Assembly: GCA_021154855.1 (NCBI GenBank)
Contig: JAJKHV010000173.1
Coordinates: 1-49,881, forward strand
DNA: 49,881 bases
From: Solirubrobacterales bacterium
GTDB taxonomy: Bacteria > Actinomycetota > Thermoleophilia > Solirubrobacterales > 70-9
Direction of reading: 5' to 3'
The position numbers were made by a program, and so were the translations under genes. Below are positions 32,108-41,652 of this stretch, one piece after another; the first letter of the stretch is position 1, and the number at the start of each line of letters is the position of its first letter. The notes beneath the pieces are model-generated. The model saw only the letters and a program-made list of their open reading frames with translations. It was not told the origin of the DNA and searched no databases.

Positions 32108-33114
32108 GTGGTGACACGTACGCAAAGGCAGGTGTCGACCAGGGTGCGGCGGATTCCGCAGTTGCGGGCCTGGTCAAAGCTCTGAGTGCAATTCAGCTCG
32201 GCCGGCCGTCGCGGCAGGTGCCCTTGCCGGGCCACTACGCGAGCGTGGTCAAGCTCGACGAGCGGACCGGCATCGCGCTCTCCACCGACGGGGTCGGGAC
32301 GAAGCTGCTGGTCGCCGAGCAGCTCGGCCGCTACGACAGCATCGGCATCGACTGCGTGGCGATGAACGTCAACGACGTGATCTGCGTCGGCGCCGAGCCC
32401 CTGGCGATGCTGGACTACATCGCGATCGACCGGGCAGACCCGGCGGTTTGCGCGGAAGTCGGCGTCGGGCTCGCGCGCGGGGCCGAGCTGGCCGCGATCG
32501 AGATTCCCGGCGGCGAGCTGGCCCAGCTCGGCGAGATGGTCCGCGGTGTCGACGTCTCCGGCGCCTGCTTCGGCACCGTCACCCTTGACGAGATCATCGA
32601 CGGCTCGAGCGTGCAAGCCGGCGACGTCGTAATCGGACTCCCCTCCTCTGGCCTGCACTCCAACGGCTACACACTGGCCCGTTCGGCGCTCGACGGACTG
32701 CCGATCGACGAAGACCCCGACGGCCGCCTCGGCCGCCGCCTCGGCGACGAGCTGCTCGAGCCGACCGCGATCTACGTCAAGCCGATCCTCGAGCTGCTGC
32801 GCTCGGAGATCGAGGTCCGTGGCCTCGCCCACATCACCTCCGGCGGCCTCGGCAACCTGCTTCGACTTGCCGCCGACGTCGGCTATGAGATCGACGATCC
32901 GCTCCCCGTGCCGCCGATCTTCGGTCTGATCCAGGAGCGCTCCAGCGCCTCAGACGACGAGATGCATGAGGTCTTCAACATGGGCTGCGGTTTCTGCTGC
33001 GTGGTGCCCGCGACCGACGAGGGTGCGGCGCTCGAGCTGCTCCGTCGCCACTACGGCGCGGCAAAGCGAGTCGGCGCCGCGGTCGAGGGCCTGCACGAAG
33101 TCCACCGCAGCTGA
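32104..33114 (+). CDS. purM: Phosphoribosylformylglycinamidine cyclo-ligase (AIR synthetase)
   Basis: Sequence reads YAKAGVDQGAADSAV...STDGVGTKLLVAEQLGRYDSIGIDCVAMNVNDVICVGAEPLAMLDYIA...HITSGG. The start overlaps the uppP stop as ATGA. Confidence 0.9.
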   Translation: MSGDTYAKAGVDQGAADSAVAGLVKALSAIQLGRPSRQVPLPGHYASVVKLDERTGIALSTDGVGTKLLVAEQLGRYDSIGIDCVAMNVNDVICVGAEPLAMLDYIAIDRADPAVCAEVGVGLARGAELAAIEIPGGELAQLGEMVRGVDVSGACFGTVTLDEIIDGSSVQAGDVVIGLPSSGLHSNGYTLARSALDGLPIDEDPDGRLGRRLGDELLEPTAIYVKPILELLRSEIEVRGLAHITSGGLGNLLRLAADVGYEIDDPLPVPPIFGLIQERSSASDDEMHEVFNMGCGFCCVVPATDEGAALELLRRHYGAAKRVGAAVEGLHEVHRS

Positions 33115-33126
33115 GCGGGAGACCGC

Positions 33127-33154
33127 GGTTCGATAGAGAACCTCTATCGAGACC
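33127..33154. promoter_or_regulatory. AT-rich palindrome between purM and the kinase gene (operator or terminator hairpin)
   Basis: TCGATAGAG-AAC-CTCTATCGA is a perfect 9-bp arm pair at 33130-33150. It extends to GGT.../...GACC with one bulge. It lies 13 nt after the purM stop and 25 nt before ATG 33179. Confidence 0.4.
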
Positions 33155-33178
33155 GTGCCCGACAATATGAGCAGTTAG

Positions 33179-34693
33179 ATGGAAGCCCGCTCGAGCAGCG
33201 CAATGATCGGCACGGTTCTCTCCGGCCGCTACCGGCTGGAGGCAAAGCTGGGCAGCGGCGGCATGTCGACCGTCTACTTGGCGCGCGATCAGACGCTCGA
33301 CCGGCCCGTCGCCGTCAAGGTGATGCACCGAGAGATGTCCGAGCAGGCCGACCAGCTCGAGCGCTTCCGCCAGGAGGCGCGCTCGGTGGCCAAGTTCTCC
33401 CACCCCAACGTGGTCTCGGTGATCGACGCCGGCGAGGACGGCGGCCACCCCTACATCGTCTTCGAGTACGTCGAGGGGGAAACGCTCAAGCAGCGGATCA
33501 GCCGCAACGGCGCGCTCGACCCGCAGGAGGCGATTGCCTACGCGATTGAGATCGCCCGCGGCCTCTCCGTTGCCCATGCCCGCCAGATGGTTCACCGCGA
33601 CATCAAGCCGCAGAACATCCTGATCGACGCCGAGGGCCGCGCCAAGCTGACTGACTTCGGCATCTCTCGCCAGCTCGAGCAGGACGGGATGACCGCGACC
33701 GGGCGCGTGCTCGGCACGACGGACTACGTCGCGCCCGAGCAGGCGATGGGGCGCAAAGTCGACCCGCGCACCGACATCTACTCGCTCGGTGTCGTCCTCT
33801 ACGAGATGCTGGTCGGCCAGGTCCCCTTCGCCGCCGACAGCCAGGTCGGCGTGGCGATGAAGCACGTCAACGAGGAGCTGCCCGACGTGCAGCGCCGGCG
33901 TCCGGACGTCTCGGCCGCAGTGGCGCTGGTGGTCGAGCGATCCACCGCCAAGGACCCCGGCGAGCGCTACCAGGAGGTCGGCGAGATGATCGACGACCTC
34001 TCGACCGCACTCGAGGTCGAGGCCGCGAGGGCGGGCTCGACCACCGGCGAGGCGACCAGCGTGCTCGACGCGGTGCCGCCGCCGAAGCGCGAGCTCTCCA
34101 GCCGAGCTCGCTGGAGCTGGGCGGCGATCCTCGCCTTGCTCCTGGTCGCCGGCGCGATCTTGCTTGCCGTGCAGCTGATCTCGAACGGCAACCTAGGTGG
34201 TGGTGGCGCCAACAAGGGCAAGGGCAGCCCGGTTTCGGTCAGCTCGGCGACCGACTACGACCCGCAGGGCGACGGCGAAGAGGTGGGCAACAAGGTTGAA
34301 CTCGCGGTCGACGGCGACCCAACCGGGACCGCCTGGGAAACCGAGCACTACGAATCCGACACCTTCGCCGGCACAAAGACCGGCCCGGACCCCGGGGTCG
34401 GCATCTACGTGAAGGCGGCTTCACCGGCCAAGCCGGAGAAGATGATCGTGCGCACGCCGACGAGCGGCTGGGACGCCGAGGTCTTCGCGGCCGCCTCGGG
34501 CCCGCCGGAAGAGCTTTCCGAATGGGGAGAACCGGTCGCCACTGTCGTCGACGCCTCCTCCAGCGAGGAAATCGACCTGAGCGTCGAGGAACCCGCCACC
34601 TACTTCCTGCTCTGGTTCAACAAGGCCTCAGAAGCCCACGACCAGTTCGGCGGCTACCAGGTCGAGGTCAGCGACATCAACCTGCTGCGCTAA
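33179..34693 (+). CDS. Transmembrane Ser/Thr protein kinase with an extracellular galactose-binding/discoidin-like domain
   Basis: Hanks kinase motifs are LGSGGMSTVY, VAVKV, HRDIKPQNIL, DFGIS and APEQ. The TM segment is WAAILALLLVAGAILLAVQLI. The ectodomain reads ATDYDPQGDGEEVGNKVELAVDGDPTGTAWETEHY...YFLLWF. Confidence 0.85.
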   Translation: MEARSSSAMIGTVLSGRYRLEAKLGSGGMSTVYLARDQTLDRPVAVKVMHREMSEQADQLERFRQEARSVAKFSHPNVVSVIDAGEDGGHPYIVFEYVEGETLKQRISRNGALDPQEAIAYAIEIARGLSVAHARQMVHRDIKPQNILIDAEGRAKLTDFGISRQLEQDGMTATGRVLGTTDYVAPEQAMGRKVDPRTDIYSLGVVLYEMLVGQVPFAADSQVGVAMKHVNEELPDVQRRRPDVSAAVALVVERSTAKDPGERYQEVGEMIDDLSTALEVEAARAGSTTGEATSVLDAVPPPKRELSSRARWSWAAILALLLVAGAILLAVQLISNGNLGGGGANKGKGSPVSVSSATDYDPQGDGEEVGNKVELAVDGDPTGTAWETEHYESDTFAGTKTGPDPGVGIYVKAASPAKPEKMIVRTPTSGWDAEVFAAASGPPEELSEWGEPVATVVDASSSEEIDLSVEEPATYFLLWFNKASEAHDQFGGYQVEVSDINLLR

Positions 34694-34778
34694 CCGCCGC
34701 GGACGCGGGAGGGTTGGCACCGTGATCGCCGGTGGTCATGTGCGCGCGCCCGGGAGCGGAGGAGGCGGCGCCTGATCC

Positions 34779-35744
34779 TCAGAACTCGTAAGAGCGGCTG
34801 CGCTGGTGGCGATCGACCGCGAATGCGACCAGCCGGTCGCAGAGCGTTGGATAGTCGAGGCCAGTGGCTGCCCAGAGCTTTGCGTAGACGCTCGTCTCGG
34901 TGAAGCCGGGCATGGTGTTGATCTCGTTGACCAGGACGGCGCCGTCGGGCTCGACGAAGAAGTCACAGCGGGCGAGGCCGGAGCAGCCACCGAGCTCGAA
35001 GGCGGTGACGGCGAGCTCGCGCACTACGGCGAGCTGCTCGTCGGGAAGCGGGGCCGGCACGACCAGCTCCATGCCGCCCTCGCGGTACTTCGTCTCGTAG
35101 TCGTACCACTCGCCGTCGGCGACGACCTCGCCGGGCTGGGAGGCCTCGACCTCCTCGTTGCCGAGCAGCGAGCACTCGACCTCGCGGCCTGAGGCGGAGG
35201 CCTCGACGATCACCCGAGGGTCGTAGCGACGGGCAAGTTCGACGGCCTGGTCCAGCTCGCCGGCCGCCTCGACTTTGCTGATGCCGACGCTCGAGCCGAG
35301 GCGCGAGGGCTTGACCCAGAGCGGCAGGCCGATCGCCTCGCAGCGCTCGCGCCAGCCGCTCTCTCCAGCCGCGACGAAGTCGACCTGGGCGATCCCGGCC
35401 TGGGCGAAGAGTCGCTTTAGCGTCAGCTTGTCCATACAGAGAGCCGAGGAGAGCACGTCTGAGCCAACGTAGGGAAGATCGAGCCACTCGAGCACGCCCT
35501 GCACGCTGCCGTCCTCTCCGAAGGGACCGTGCAGGGCGGGGAAGGCAACATCGGAGTCGAGCAGGCCGGCCGCGGGCGCGAGCTCAACCGGCGCTCCTTC
35601 CCAGCTCCAGGCGCCGGCGCGGGAAATCTTCACCCGCAGGGCCTCGTGCCCTGCCTCTTCCAGACCGCGCGCCACCGCCTCCCCCGAGCGCAGCGAGACG
35701 TCGCGCTCAGATGAGCGGCCGCCGCTGAGCACCGCGATCCTCAT
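34779..35744 (-). CDS. ddl: D-alanine--D-alanine ligase
   Basis: Sequence reads MRIAVLSGGRSSERDVSLRSG...FPALHGPFGEDGSVQGVLEWLDLPYVGS...LVNEINTMPGFTETSVY. The ATG overlaps the pknB stop as ATGA. Confidence 0.9.
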   Translation of the reverse strand: MRIAVLSGGRSSERDVSLRSGEAVARGLEEAGHEALRVKISRAGAWSWEGAPVELAPAAGLLDSDVAFPALHGPFGEDGSVQGVLEWLDLPYVGSDVLSSALCMDKLTLKRLFAQAGIAQVDFVAAGESGWRERCEAIGLPLWVKPSRLGSSVGISKVEAAGELDQAVELARRYDPRVIVEASASGREVECSLLGNEEVEASQPGEVVADGEWYDYETKYREGGMELVVPAPLPDEQLAVVRELAVTAFELGGCSGLARCDFFVEPDGAVLVNEINTMPGFTETSVYAKLWAATGLDYPTLCDRLVAFAVDRHQRSRSYEF

Positions 35745-37612
35745 TCTTCTGTTCCGGTTTCCGGTTCGGTCGAGCCGCTCGCCTGCTTGCCGACGACGAC
35801 CGTGACCACAGAGCCCGGCTTCAGCTCCGACCCCGGCGGCGGGAACTGGTCGGTGACGCGGCCGACCTGGGAGGGCACTTCGGTTTCGGATTCGTTCACC
35901 GTCGGCTTCAGGCCTTCGGCGCGCAGGGCTTCCACTGCGTCGGCGCGCAGCTTGCCGATCACGTTCGGCACGGTCGCCTTCGTTTCTCCTTTGGAGACGA
36001 CGATCAAGACCGTTGATCCGGCGGGGAGCTGCGAGCCCGCGTTTGGCTGCTGGCGGATCACCTCGCCGACCGGCTTGGCGCTCTCTTCTTCTTCGACGCT
36101 GGGCGTGAAGCCGCGGCCGCGGATCTGCTGGACGGCAACCGAGCGCTGGGTCCCGGCGAGCACCGGGACCGTCGCCAACTTCGGGCCACTGGAGACCGTC
36201 AGGACGACGCCGGTGCCCCGTGTCGCGGTTTCACCGCCGCTGGGCTTCGAGCGGATGACCAGCCCTTCTTCGACGGCTTCGGAATGCACCCGTTCGACCT
36301 CGGCCTTGAAGCCGGCTTTTTCGAGCTCTTCTTCAGCTTCGGCGACCGTCAGGCCCGCCGTCGAGGGAACCTTGGCGCTGCCGGGACCGGCGCTGACCGT
36401 CAGCATCACCTTCGGCTTCGAGCAGAAGAAGGTGAGGAAGGCGCAGTCGAGCGACGCTTCGTTGGCCGGTGGGGAGGCGGCCGGGTCCTGCTCGAGCACG
36501 GTGTTCTCCGGCGCTTCACGCTCGACTCGCTTTACTTCGCCGACGTCGAAGCCGTCCTGCTGCAGGCGGGCGAAGGCGAGGTTGAGAGATTCGCCGGTGA
36601 CCTTGGGGACCTCCGTGGTGGTGTCGCGGGTCAGCGCAAATCCGACCAGCAGCCCGATCAGCACCGCGGCCGCGACGAGCAGCCAGATCAGCCGGCGGGA
36701 GCTCTCCTCCTCGCCTTCCTCGACCGGCTCCACCGGGGTGGCGACGATTGGCGGCAGCACCGCGAAGGCTGCGGTGCCACCCCCTCCACCCGGATCCTTC
36801 AGCGCCGCGTCGAGGGCGGCGATGAAAGCGTCGGCGCTCTGGAAGCGCTGCCCGGGCTCCTTTTCAAGCGCCCGCATCACCACGGCGTCGAGCGCCGGCG
36901 AGATCTGTGGGTTGATCGAGCTCGGCCGCTGCGGGGCCTGGGAGACCTGTTTCATCGCGACGGCCACGGCCGAGTCCCCCTCGAACGGCACCCGCCCGGT
37001 CAATGCCTCGTAGAGCATCACCCCGATCGAGTAGAGGTCGGAGACCGCCGTCACGTCGAAGCCCTGGGCCTGCTCAGGCGAGAGGTAATGCGGCGTGCCC
37101 ATCACCGAGCCGGCCTGGGTGATCTCCGAGACGCCGGCGCGGGCTATGCCGAAGTCGGTCACGGTCGCCTTGCCGTCGCCGTCGCCGATCACGTTCTGGG
37201 GCTTGAGGTCACGGTGAACGACGCCGTGGCGATGGGCGAAGCGAGCGCCCTCGAGCACCTGACGGATCAGGGCGACCGCCTGCTCCGGCGTCAGGCCCGT
37301 GTCGATCAGCTGCTTCAGCGTGCGGCCCTCGAGGTATTGCATCGCGATGTAGTAGGTGCCATCGACGTCGCCGCGGTCGAAGACGGCGACGACGTTGGGG
37401 TGCTGCAGGCCGGCGGCTGCCTCGGCCTCGCGGCGGAAGCGCTCGACGAACTCACCGTCCTGGGCAAAGCGCGCATGCAGGACCTTGAGCGCAACCCGAC
37501 GCTGCAGGTGCGTGTCGTCGGCAAGCCAGACGTCGGCCATCCCGCCGGACCCGATCCGCTGCAACACCGTGTAGCGCCCGTCGACCACGGACCCCTGCCC
37601 CACCTCAGCCAT
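35741..37612 (-). CDS. pknB: PASTA-domain Ser/Thr protein kinase
   Basis: Kinase motifs are IGSGGMADVW, HRDLKPQNVI, DFGIA and SPEQA. The TM segment is LIWLLVAAAVLIGLLVGFAL. Four PASTA-like repeats follow (VPKVTGESL..., VPSTAGLTVAEAEEELEKAGF..., VPVLAGTQRSVAVQQIRGRGF..., VPNVIGKLRADAVEALRAEGL...). Confidence 0.9.
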   Translation of the reverse strand: MAEVGQGSVVDGRYTVLQRIGSGGMADVWLADDTHLQRRVALKVLHARFAQDGEFVERFRREAEAAAGLQHPNVVAVFDRGDVDGTYYIAMQYLEGRTLKQLIDTGLTPEQAVALIRQVLEGARFAHRHGVVHRDLKPQNVIGDGDGKATVTDFGIARAGVSEITQAGSVMGTPHYLSPEQAQGFDVTAVSDLYSIGVMLYEALTGRVPFEGDSAVAVAMKQVSQAPQRPSSINPQISPALDAVVMRALEKEPGQRFQSADAFIAALDAALKDPGGGGGTAAFAVLPPIVATPVEPVEEGEEESSRRLIWLLVAAAVLIGLLVGFALTRDTTTEVPKVTGESLNLAFARLQQDGFDVGEVKRVEREAPENTVLEQDPAASPPANEASLDCAFLTFFCSKPKVMLTVSAGPGSAKVPSTAGLTVAEAEEELEKAGFKAEVERVHSEAVEEGLVIRSKPSGGETATRGTGVVLTVSSGPKLATVPVLAGTQRSVAVQQIRGRGFTPSVEEEESAKPVGEVIRQQPNAGSQLPAGSTVLIVVSKGETKATVPNVIGKLRADAVEALRAEGLKPTVNESETEVPSQVGRVTDQFPPPGSELKPGSVVTVVVGKQASGSTEPETGTEE

Positions 37613-37686
37613 GCGCCACCTTGGGATCGACGGGCCGACAACATGACCCTGGCTCTTGTGTGAGGCCCATCGGCGGCTGTTCTATC

Positions 37687-39144
37687 TCATTCACCGTTGA
37701 GGATCGTTTCGGCTACGTCGCGGAAGATCGGCGCGGCAACGTCGTTGCCGAATTCTTCTGTGCACTCGACCGTCGCCGCAATCGCGATTTTCGGGTCGTC
37801 GGCGGGCGCAAAGCCGATGAACCACGCCTGGTTCTCTTCTTCTCCGCCGCCGCAGGCTTCGTTGCCGGGCGTTTCCGCGGTGCCGGTCTTGCCGGCCACG
37901 GGGACGCCGGGAATCTCCGCGTTGGTGCCGGTCCCTTCGCTGACCACCCCTTCCATCGCGGTGGTCAGCTCTTCGGCTGTCTGAGCGCTGATCGGCTGAC
38001 TGTACTGGGAGGGATCGAGGCGTTTGGTCACCCGGCCGTCCGGATCTACCACGCGGCTCCAGATCTGTGGCTTCATCTGCTTGCCCTTGTTGGCGATCGC
38101 GGCGGCGACCTCGGCCATCTGCAGCGGCGTCACCGCCAGTCGCTCCTGCCCGATCGCCACTCGCGCCAGGTCGACCGGATCATTGGCGCCGAGCAGTTCT
38201 TCTTCGTCGAAGACCCCGCTCTTGGAAACCTCGTCGGCGGGTAGGTCGATCGCCGGGGTGGAGTTGAAGCCAAAACGTTCCATGTATTCGAACAGGGTGT
38301 CGTTGCCGAGGCGCTGGCCGAGCTGGCCGAACCAGGTGTTGACCGAGTGGGTCAGCGCCGTGTCCAGGGTCGCGCCGGGGAAGCTCTCGCCGAAGTCGTT
38401 TTCGAGTGGAGTCCCTTCGACTTCAAGGGACCCCGGCGCGTCGATCGGCGTTTCCGGCGTGATCGTGCCGCTTTCCAGCCCTGCCGCGGCAGTTACGACC
38501 TTGAAGGTCGAGCCCGGTGGGTACTGCCCCTGGGTGGCCCGGTCGAAGAGCGGCCTTTCGAGTTCGTTCGTGTTCAGCTTCGAGAGTTCGTAGGGAACGC
38601 GGTTCGGGTCGTAGGGGGGGTTCGAGGCCATCACCCGCACGCGGCCGCTCTGCGGCTCGATCGCGACCACGGCGCCAAAGCCGGCTTCGCGCAGGTCTTC
38701 GAGCGCGGTCGTCTGGGCAGCCGGATCGAGGTTGGTGACGACGTCGCTGCCCTCCTGGTTGGCGCCGCGCAGCTGGTCGAGGATCGAGCCGAATTCCGAT
38801 TCGTTGCCGACCAGCTCGTCGTTGTGGAACTGCTCGAACTCGCTATCACCCTGCTGGACGAAGCTGTAGCCGATCGGATGGCCGTAGAGCGAGCCTTCGG
38901 GATAGCGCCGCACATAGCGCAGGCCGGCGCCGTGCCCCTTCGGCACCGAACGGGCGATTACGGTGCCGTCAGCGGCAAGGATGCGGCCGCGCTTGATCTG
39001 CTGCTGCTCGAGCAGCGGGCGCTTGTTGGCGTCCTTCTGCTTCAGCGCCGAGGCGTCGAAGACGGACCAGTAGGAGGTGAAGCCGATCAGCAGCGCGAAG
39101 AGCGCTACGACCAGGCCGAAGAGCTTGATGATTTGGCGGTTCAC
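37687..39144 (-). CDS. pbpA: Class B penicillin-binding protein (PbpA-type transpeptidase)
   Basis: Transpeptidase motifs are STFK (GSTFKVVTAAAG), SVN (HSVNTWF) and KTGT (AGKTGTAE). It has an N-terminal membrane anchor. Confidence 0.9.
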   Translation of the reverse strand: MNRQIIKLFGLVVALFALLIGFTSYWSVFDASALKQKDANKRPLLEQQQIKRGRILAADGTVIARSVPKGHGAGLRYVRRYPEGSLYGHPIGYSFVQQGDSEFEQFHNDELVGNESEFGSILDQLRGANQEGSDVVTNLDPAAQTTALEDLREAGFGAVVAIEPQSGRVRVMASNPPYDPNRVPYELSKLNTNELERPLFDRATQGQYPPGSTFKVVTAAAGLESGTITPETPIDAPGSLEVEGTPLENDFGESFPGATLDTALTHSVNTWFGQLGQRLGNDTLFEYMERFGFNSTPAIDLPADEVSKSGVFDEEELLGANDPVDLARVAIGQERLAVTPLQMAEVAAAIANKGKQMKPQIWSRVVDPDGRVTKRLDPSQYSQPISAQTAEELTTAMEGVVSEGTGTNAEIPGVPVAGKTGTAETPGNEACGGGEEENQAWFIGFAPADDPKIAIAATVECTEEFGNDVAAPIFRDVAETILNGE

Positions 39145-39145
39145 C

Positions 39146-40480
39146 CTAAGCCCGCCCGAGAGCGAAGTCGCCAGAGCGCTCGCCCGCCCCGATCTCGCGA
39201 CGGGCGCGATCGGAGACGAGCAGGAGCAGGGCCAGCAGGACGAAGTTGGCGACGATCGAGCTGCCGCCGTAGCTGATGAACGGCAGGGTGACGCCGGTCA
39301 GTGGAATTACCCTGGTAACGCCGCCGATGATCACGAAGGCCTGGATCGAGAAGACCGCGGTGAGGCCGGTCGCAAGCAGCTTCGAGAAGCCGTCGGCGGC
39401 AAGCAGGGCGATCTTGAAGCCGCGGGCCGCGATCAGGAGGTAGATCAGGATCACCGCAGAGGCGCCGAAGAGGCCGAGCTCATTGACGATCAGTGAGTAG
39501 ATCGTGTCGGTCTGGGCCGCCGGGAGCAGCGGCGCGTGTGTCCCGGGAACCGTGACCAGCGCCTGCCCGAAGCCCTTGCCGAAGAGACCGCCGTCGGCCT
39601 CGGCAAAGATCGATTGGAGGATCTGGTAGCCGCTGGTCTGCGGGTGGGCGTAGGGGTCGAGCCAGACATCGACACGGTCGTGGACGTGGGGCACCGTCGC
39701 GGCGAAGAACCAGGCGCCGACGAGGAACATCGCCATCCCGATCGCGACGAAGGAGAAGCGGCCGGTTGCCACGTAGAGCAGCGCCAGAAAGGCGGCGAAG
39801 AACATCAAGGAGCTGCCGAGGTCGCGGATGAAGACGAGCATGAACATCGAGGCGCCCCAGACGACCAACATCGGCCCGAAGTGCTTGAGCGGCGGCAGCG
39901 TCACGCCCAGCACCCGGCGGGCGCCGACGATCAGCACCTCGCGATGCTCTCGCAGGTAGCTGGCGAGGAAGACGACCAGGCAGATCTTCGAGAACTCGGC
40001 CGGCTGGAAGGCGAGGGGCCCCGCCTTGACCCCCAGGTAGGCCCCGTTGACCTGCTGGCCGATTCCTGGCAGGCGGGGCGCCAACAGCAAGAGCAGCCCG
40101 ACGACGGCGATCGTGTACCGGTAGCGCTCGAGCACGTCGTAGTCGCGCAGGAACTGGATCGTCAGGGCGAAGAGCACGAGGCCGAGCACGAACCAGTTGG
40201 CCTGGTCGCGGGCGAGGCTGGCGTCGATCCGATAGATCATCACCAGGCCGAAGGCCATCAGCAGGGCCGCCAGCGGGAACAGATAGGGATCCGCGAAAGG
40301 AAGGCGGATGCGCAGGTAGATGTGGGTGGCGAGGCAGACGGCGAAGAAGTAGGCGCCGTAGATCAAGCTGAGGTTGTCGAGCTGGGAGCTCTCCTGGGCA
40401 AAGACCGCGGTGAAGCCGGCGGTGAGCAGCAGGGCGACCGGAACGAGGGCGAACAGCTCCCTATTCCGAGCCGACATCAA
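39146..40480 (-). CDS. rodA: FtsW/RodA/SpoVE (SEDS) family peptidoglycan glycosyltransferase
   Basis: It is a polytopic membrane protein ending in GVTLPFISYGGSSIVANFVLLALLL. It sits in the canonical position between pstP and pbpA. Confidence 0.9.
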   Translation of the reverse strand: MMSARNRELFALVPVALLLTAGFTAVFAQESSQLDNLSLIYGAYFFAVCLATHIYLRIRLPFADPYLFPLAALLMAFGLVMIYRIDASLARDQANWFVLGLVLFALTIQFLRDYDVLERYRYTIAVVGLLLLLAPRLPGIGQQVNGAYLGVKAGPLAFQPAEFSKICLVVFLASYLREHREVLIVGARRVLGVTLPPLKHFGPMLVVWGASMFMLVFIRDLGSSLMFFAAFLALLYVATGRFSFVAIGMAMFLVGAWFFAATVPHVHDRVDVWLDPYAHPQTSGYQILQSIFAEADGGLFGKGFGQALVTVPGTHAPLLPAAQTDTIYSLIVNELGLFGASAVILIYLLIAARGFKIALLAADGFSKLLATGLTAVFSIQAFVIIGGVTRVIPLTGVTLPFISYGGSSIVANFVLLALLLLVSDRARREIGAGERSGDFALGRA

Positions 40481-41652
40481 AGGCCCGCGGCACGTTCGAT
40501 GTCTTCGACCAGCGAGACGGCGTCGTCGCGCGAGCGCAGGTCGTGTCCGGTGGTCGCCTCGCGGCGCCGGGTCGGCAGGGACTCGGTCTGAATCGGGCTG
40601 GCGTAGCGCTCTTCGTAGAGGTTGACGCCGAAGGGCAGCTCGTAGGGCAGGCCGCGGTAGAGGGCGACGCGGCCGCTTTCGTCAGTGCCGAGGAACCAAA
40701 CCTGTCGGTTGCCGTACCAAGCGCCAAAGGCCAGCGCCGCGAGCACGACGAGGACCGCGAGGGCCATGGCCGCCCGCCGCAAGCCCCGGCGCGGTTGCCT
40801 GGCGGCGTGCTGCTCACGCCGTTCGCGCGCCGCTGCGGCGGCGGCGCGGCGGCGCACCTCGGTAGCTGTCAACCCCGCCTCGGCAGCGGTGCTGCCGATC
40901 AGCGTCGCGTCCTCGTGGCTCTGCTTCGGCGCCGCCGCGTCTTCCAGCCGGAAGGCGAGCGCGGTGATGTTGTCGCGACCCCCGGCCCGGTTGGCTTCGT
41001 CGACCAGCGCCCGTACCGCGGCGCCCATCGAGGTGGCGCCCGCGAGAAGCTTTGCGATCTGCTCCTCGCCGAGCATCGTCGTCAGCCCGTCGGAGCAGAT
41101 CAGGAAGACGTCGCCCGGCGCCGCGGGCACCGTCTGCACGTCCGGCTCGACCTCGGGTTCGGGACCGAGCGCGCGGGTGATGATCGAGCGCTGTGGGTGG
41201 TCCTCGGCCTGGGCGTCGGTGAGCTGTCCCTTGCGCCGCATCTCCTCGACCAGCGAGTGATCGCGGGTGAGCTGTTCGAGGTTGCCGGCACGCAGGCGGT
41301 AGGCGCGGCTGTCGCCGACGTGACCGATCGCGCCCTCTTCGGCCTGCGCGTTGACGATCGCCGCGGTCAGGGTCGTCCCCATCCCGGCGCGGGAGGGATC
41401 GTTGCGGGCCAGTTCGTGGATGTCGCGGTTCGCGGTGACGATCGTCTCGCGCAGGACCCGCTCCGGGGAGCCGTCGGGGAGGTCGATGTCGAAGGCATCG
41501 GCGGCGGCTTTCGAGGCGACCTCGCCGGCCTGGGCGCCGCCCATCCCGTCGGCGACGACGAAGATCGGCGCGCGCACGAAGAAGGAGTCCTCGTTGGCGT
41601 TGCGCTGGCGCCCCGTGTCGGAGCGGAAGGCCTGGTCGTCGATCCTCAGCAC
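40477..41652 (-). CDS. pstP: PP2C-family Ser/Thr phosphatase with C-terminal TM segment and extracellular tail
   Basis: Sequence reads RSDTGRQRNANEDSFFV...VADGMGGAQAGEVAS...ICSDGLT...GGRDNITA. The TM segment is AMALAVLVVLAALAFGAW. GTG start. Confidence 0.9.
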   Translation of the reverse strand: MLRIDDQAFRSDTGRQRNANEDSFFVRAPIFVVADGMGGAQAGEVASKAAADAFDIDLPDGSPERVLRETIVTANRDIHELARNDPSRAGMGTTLTAAIVNAQAEEGAIGHVGDSRAYRLRAGNLEQLTRDHSLVEEMRRKGQLTDAQAEDHPQRSIITRALGPEPEVEPDVQTVPAAPGDVFLICSDGLTTMLGEEQIAKLLAGATSMGAAVRALVDEANRAGGRDNITALAFRLEDAAAPKQSHEDATLIGSTAAEAGLTATEVRRRAAAAAARERREQHAARQPRRGLRRAAMALAVLVVLAALAFGAWYGNRQVWFLGTDESGRVALYRGLPYELPFGVNLYEERYASPIQTESLPTRRREATTGHDLRSRDDAVSLVEDIERAAGL

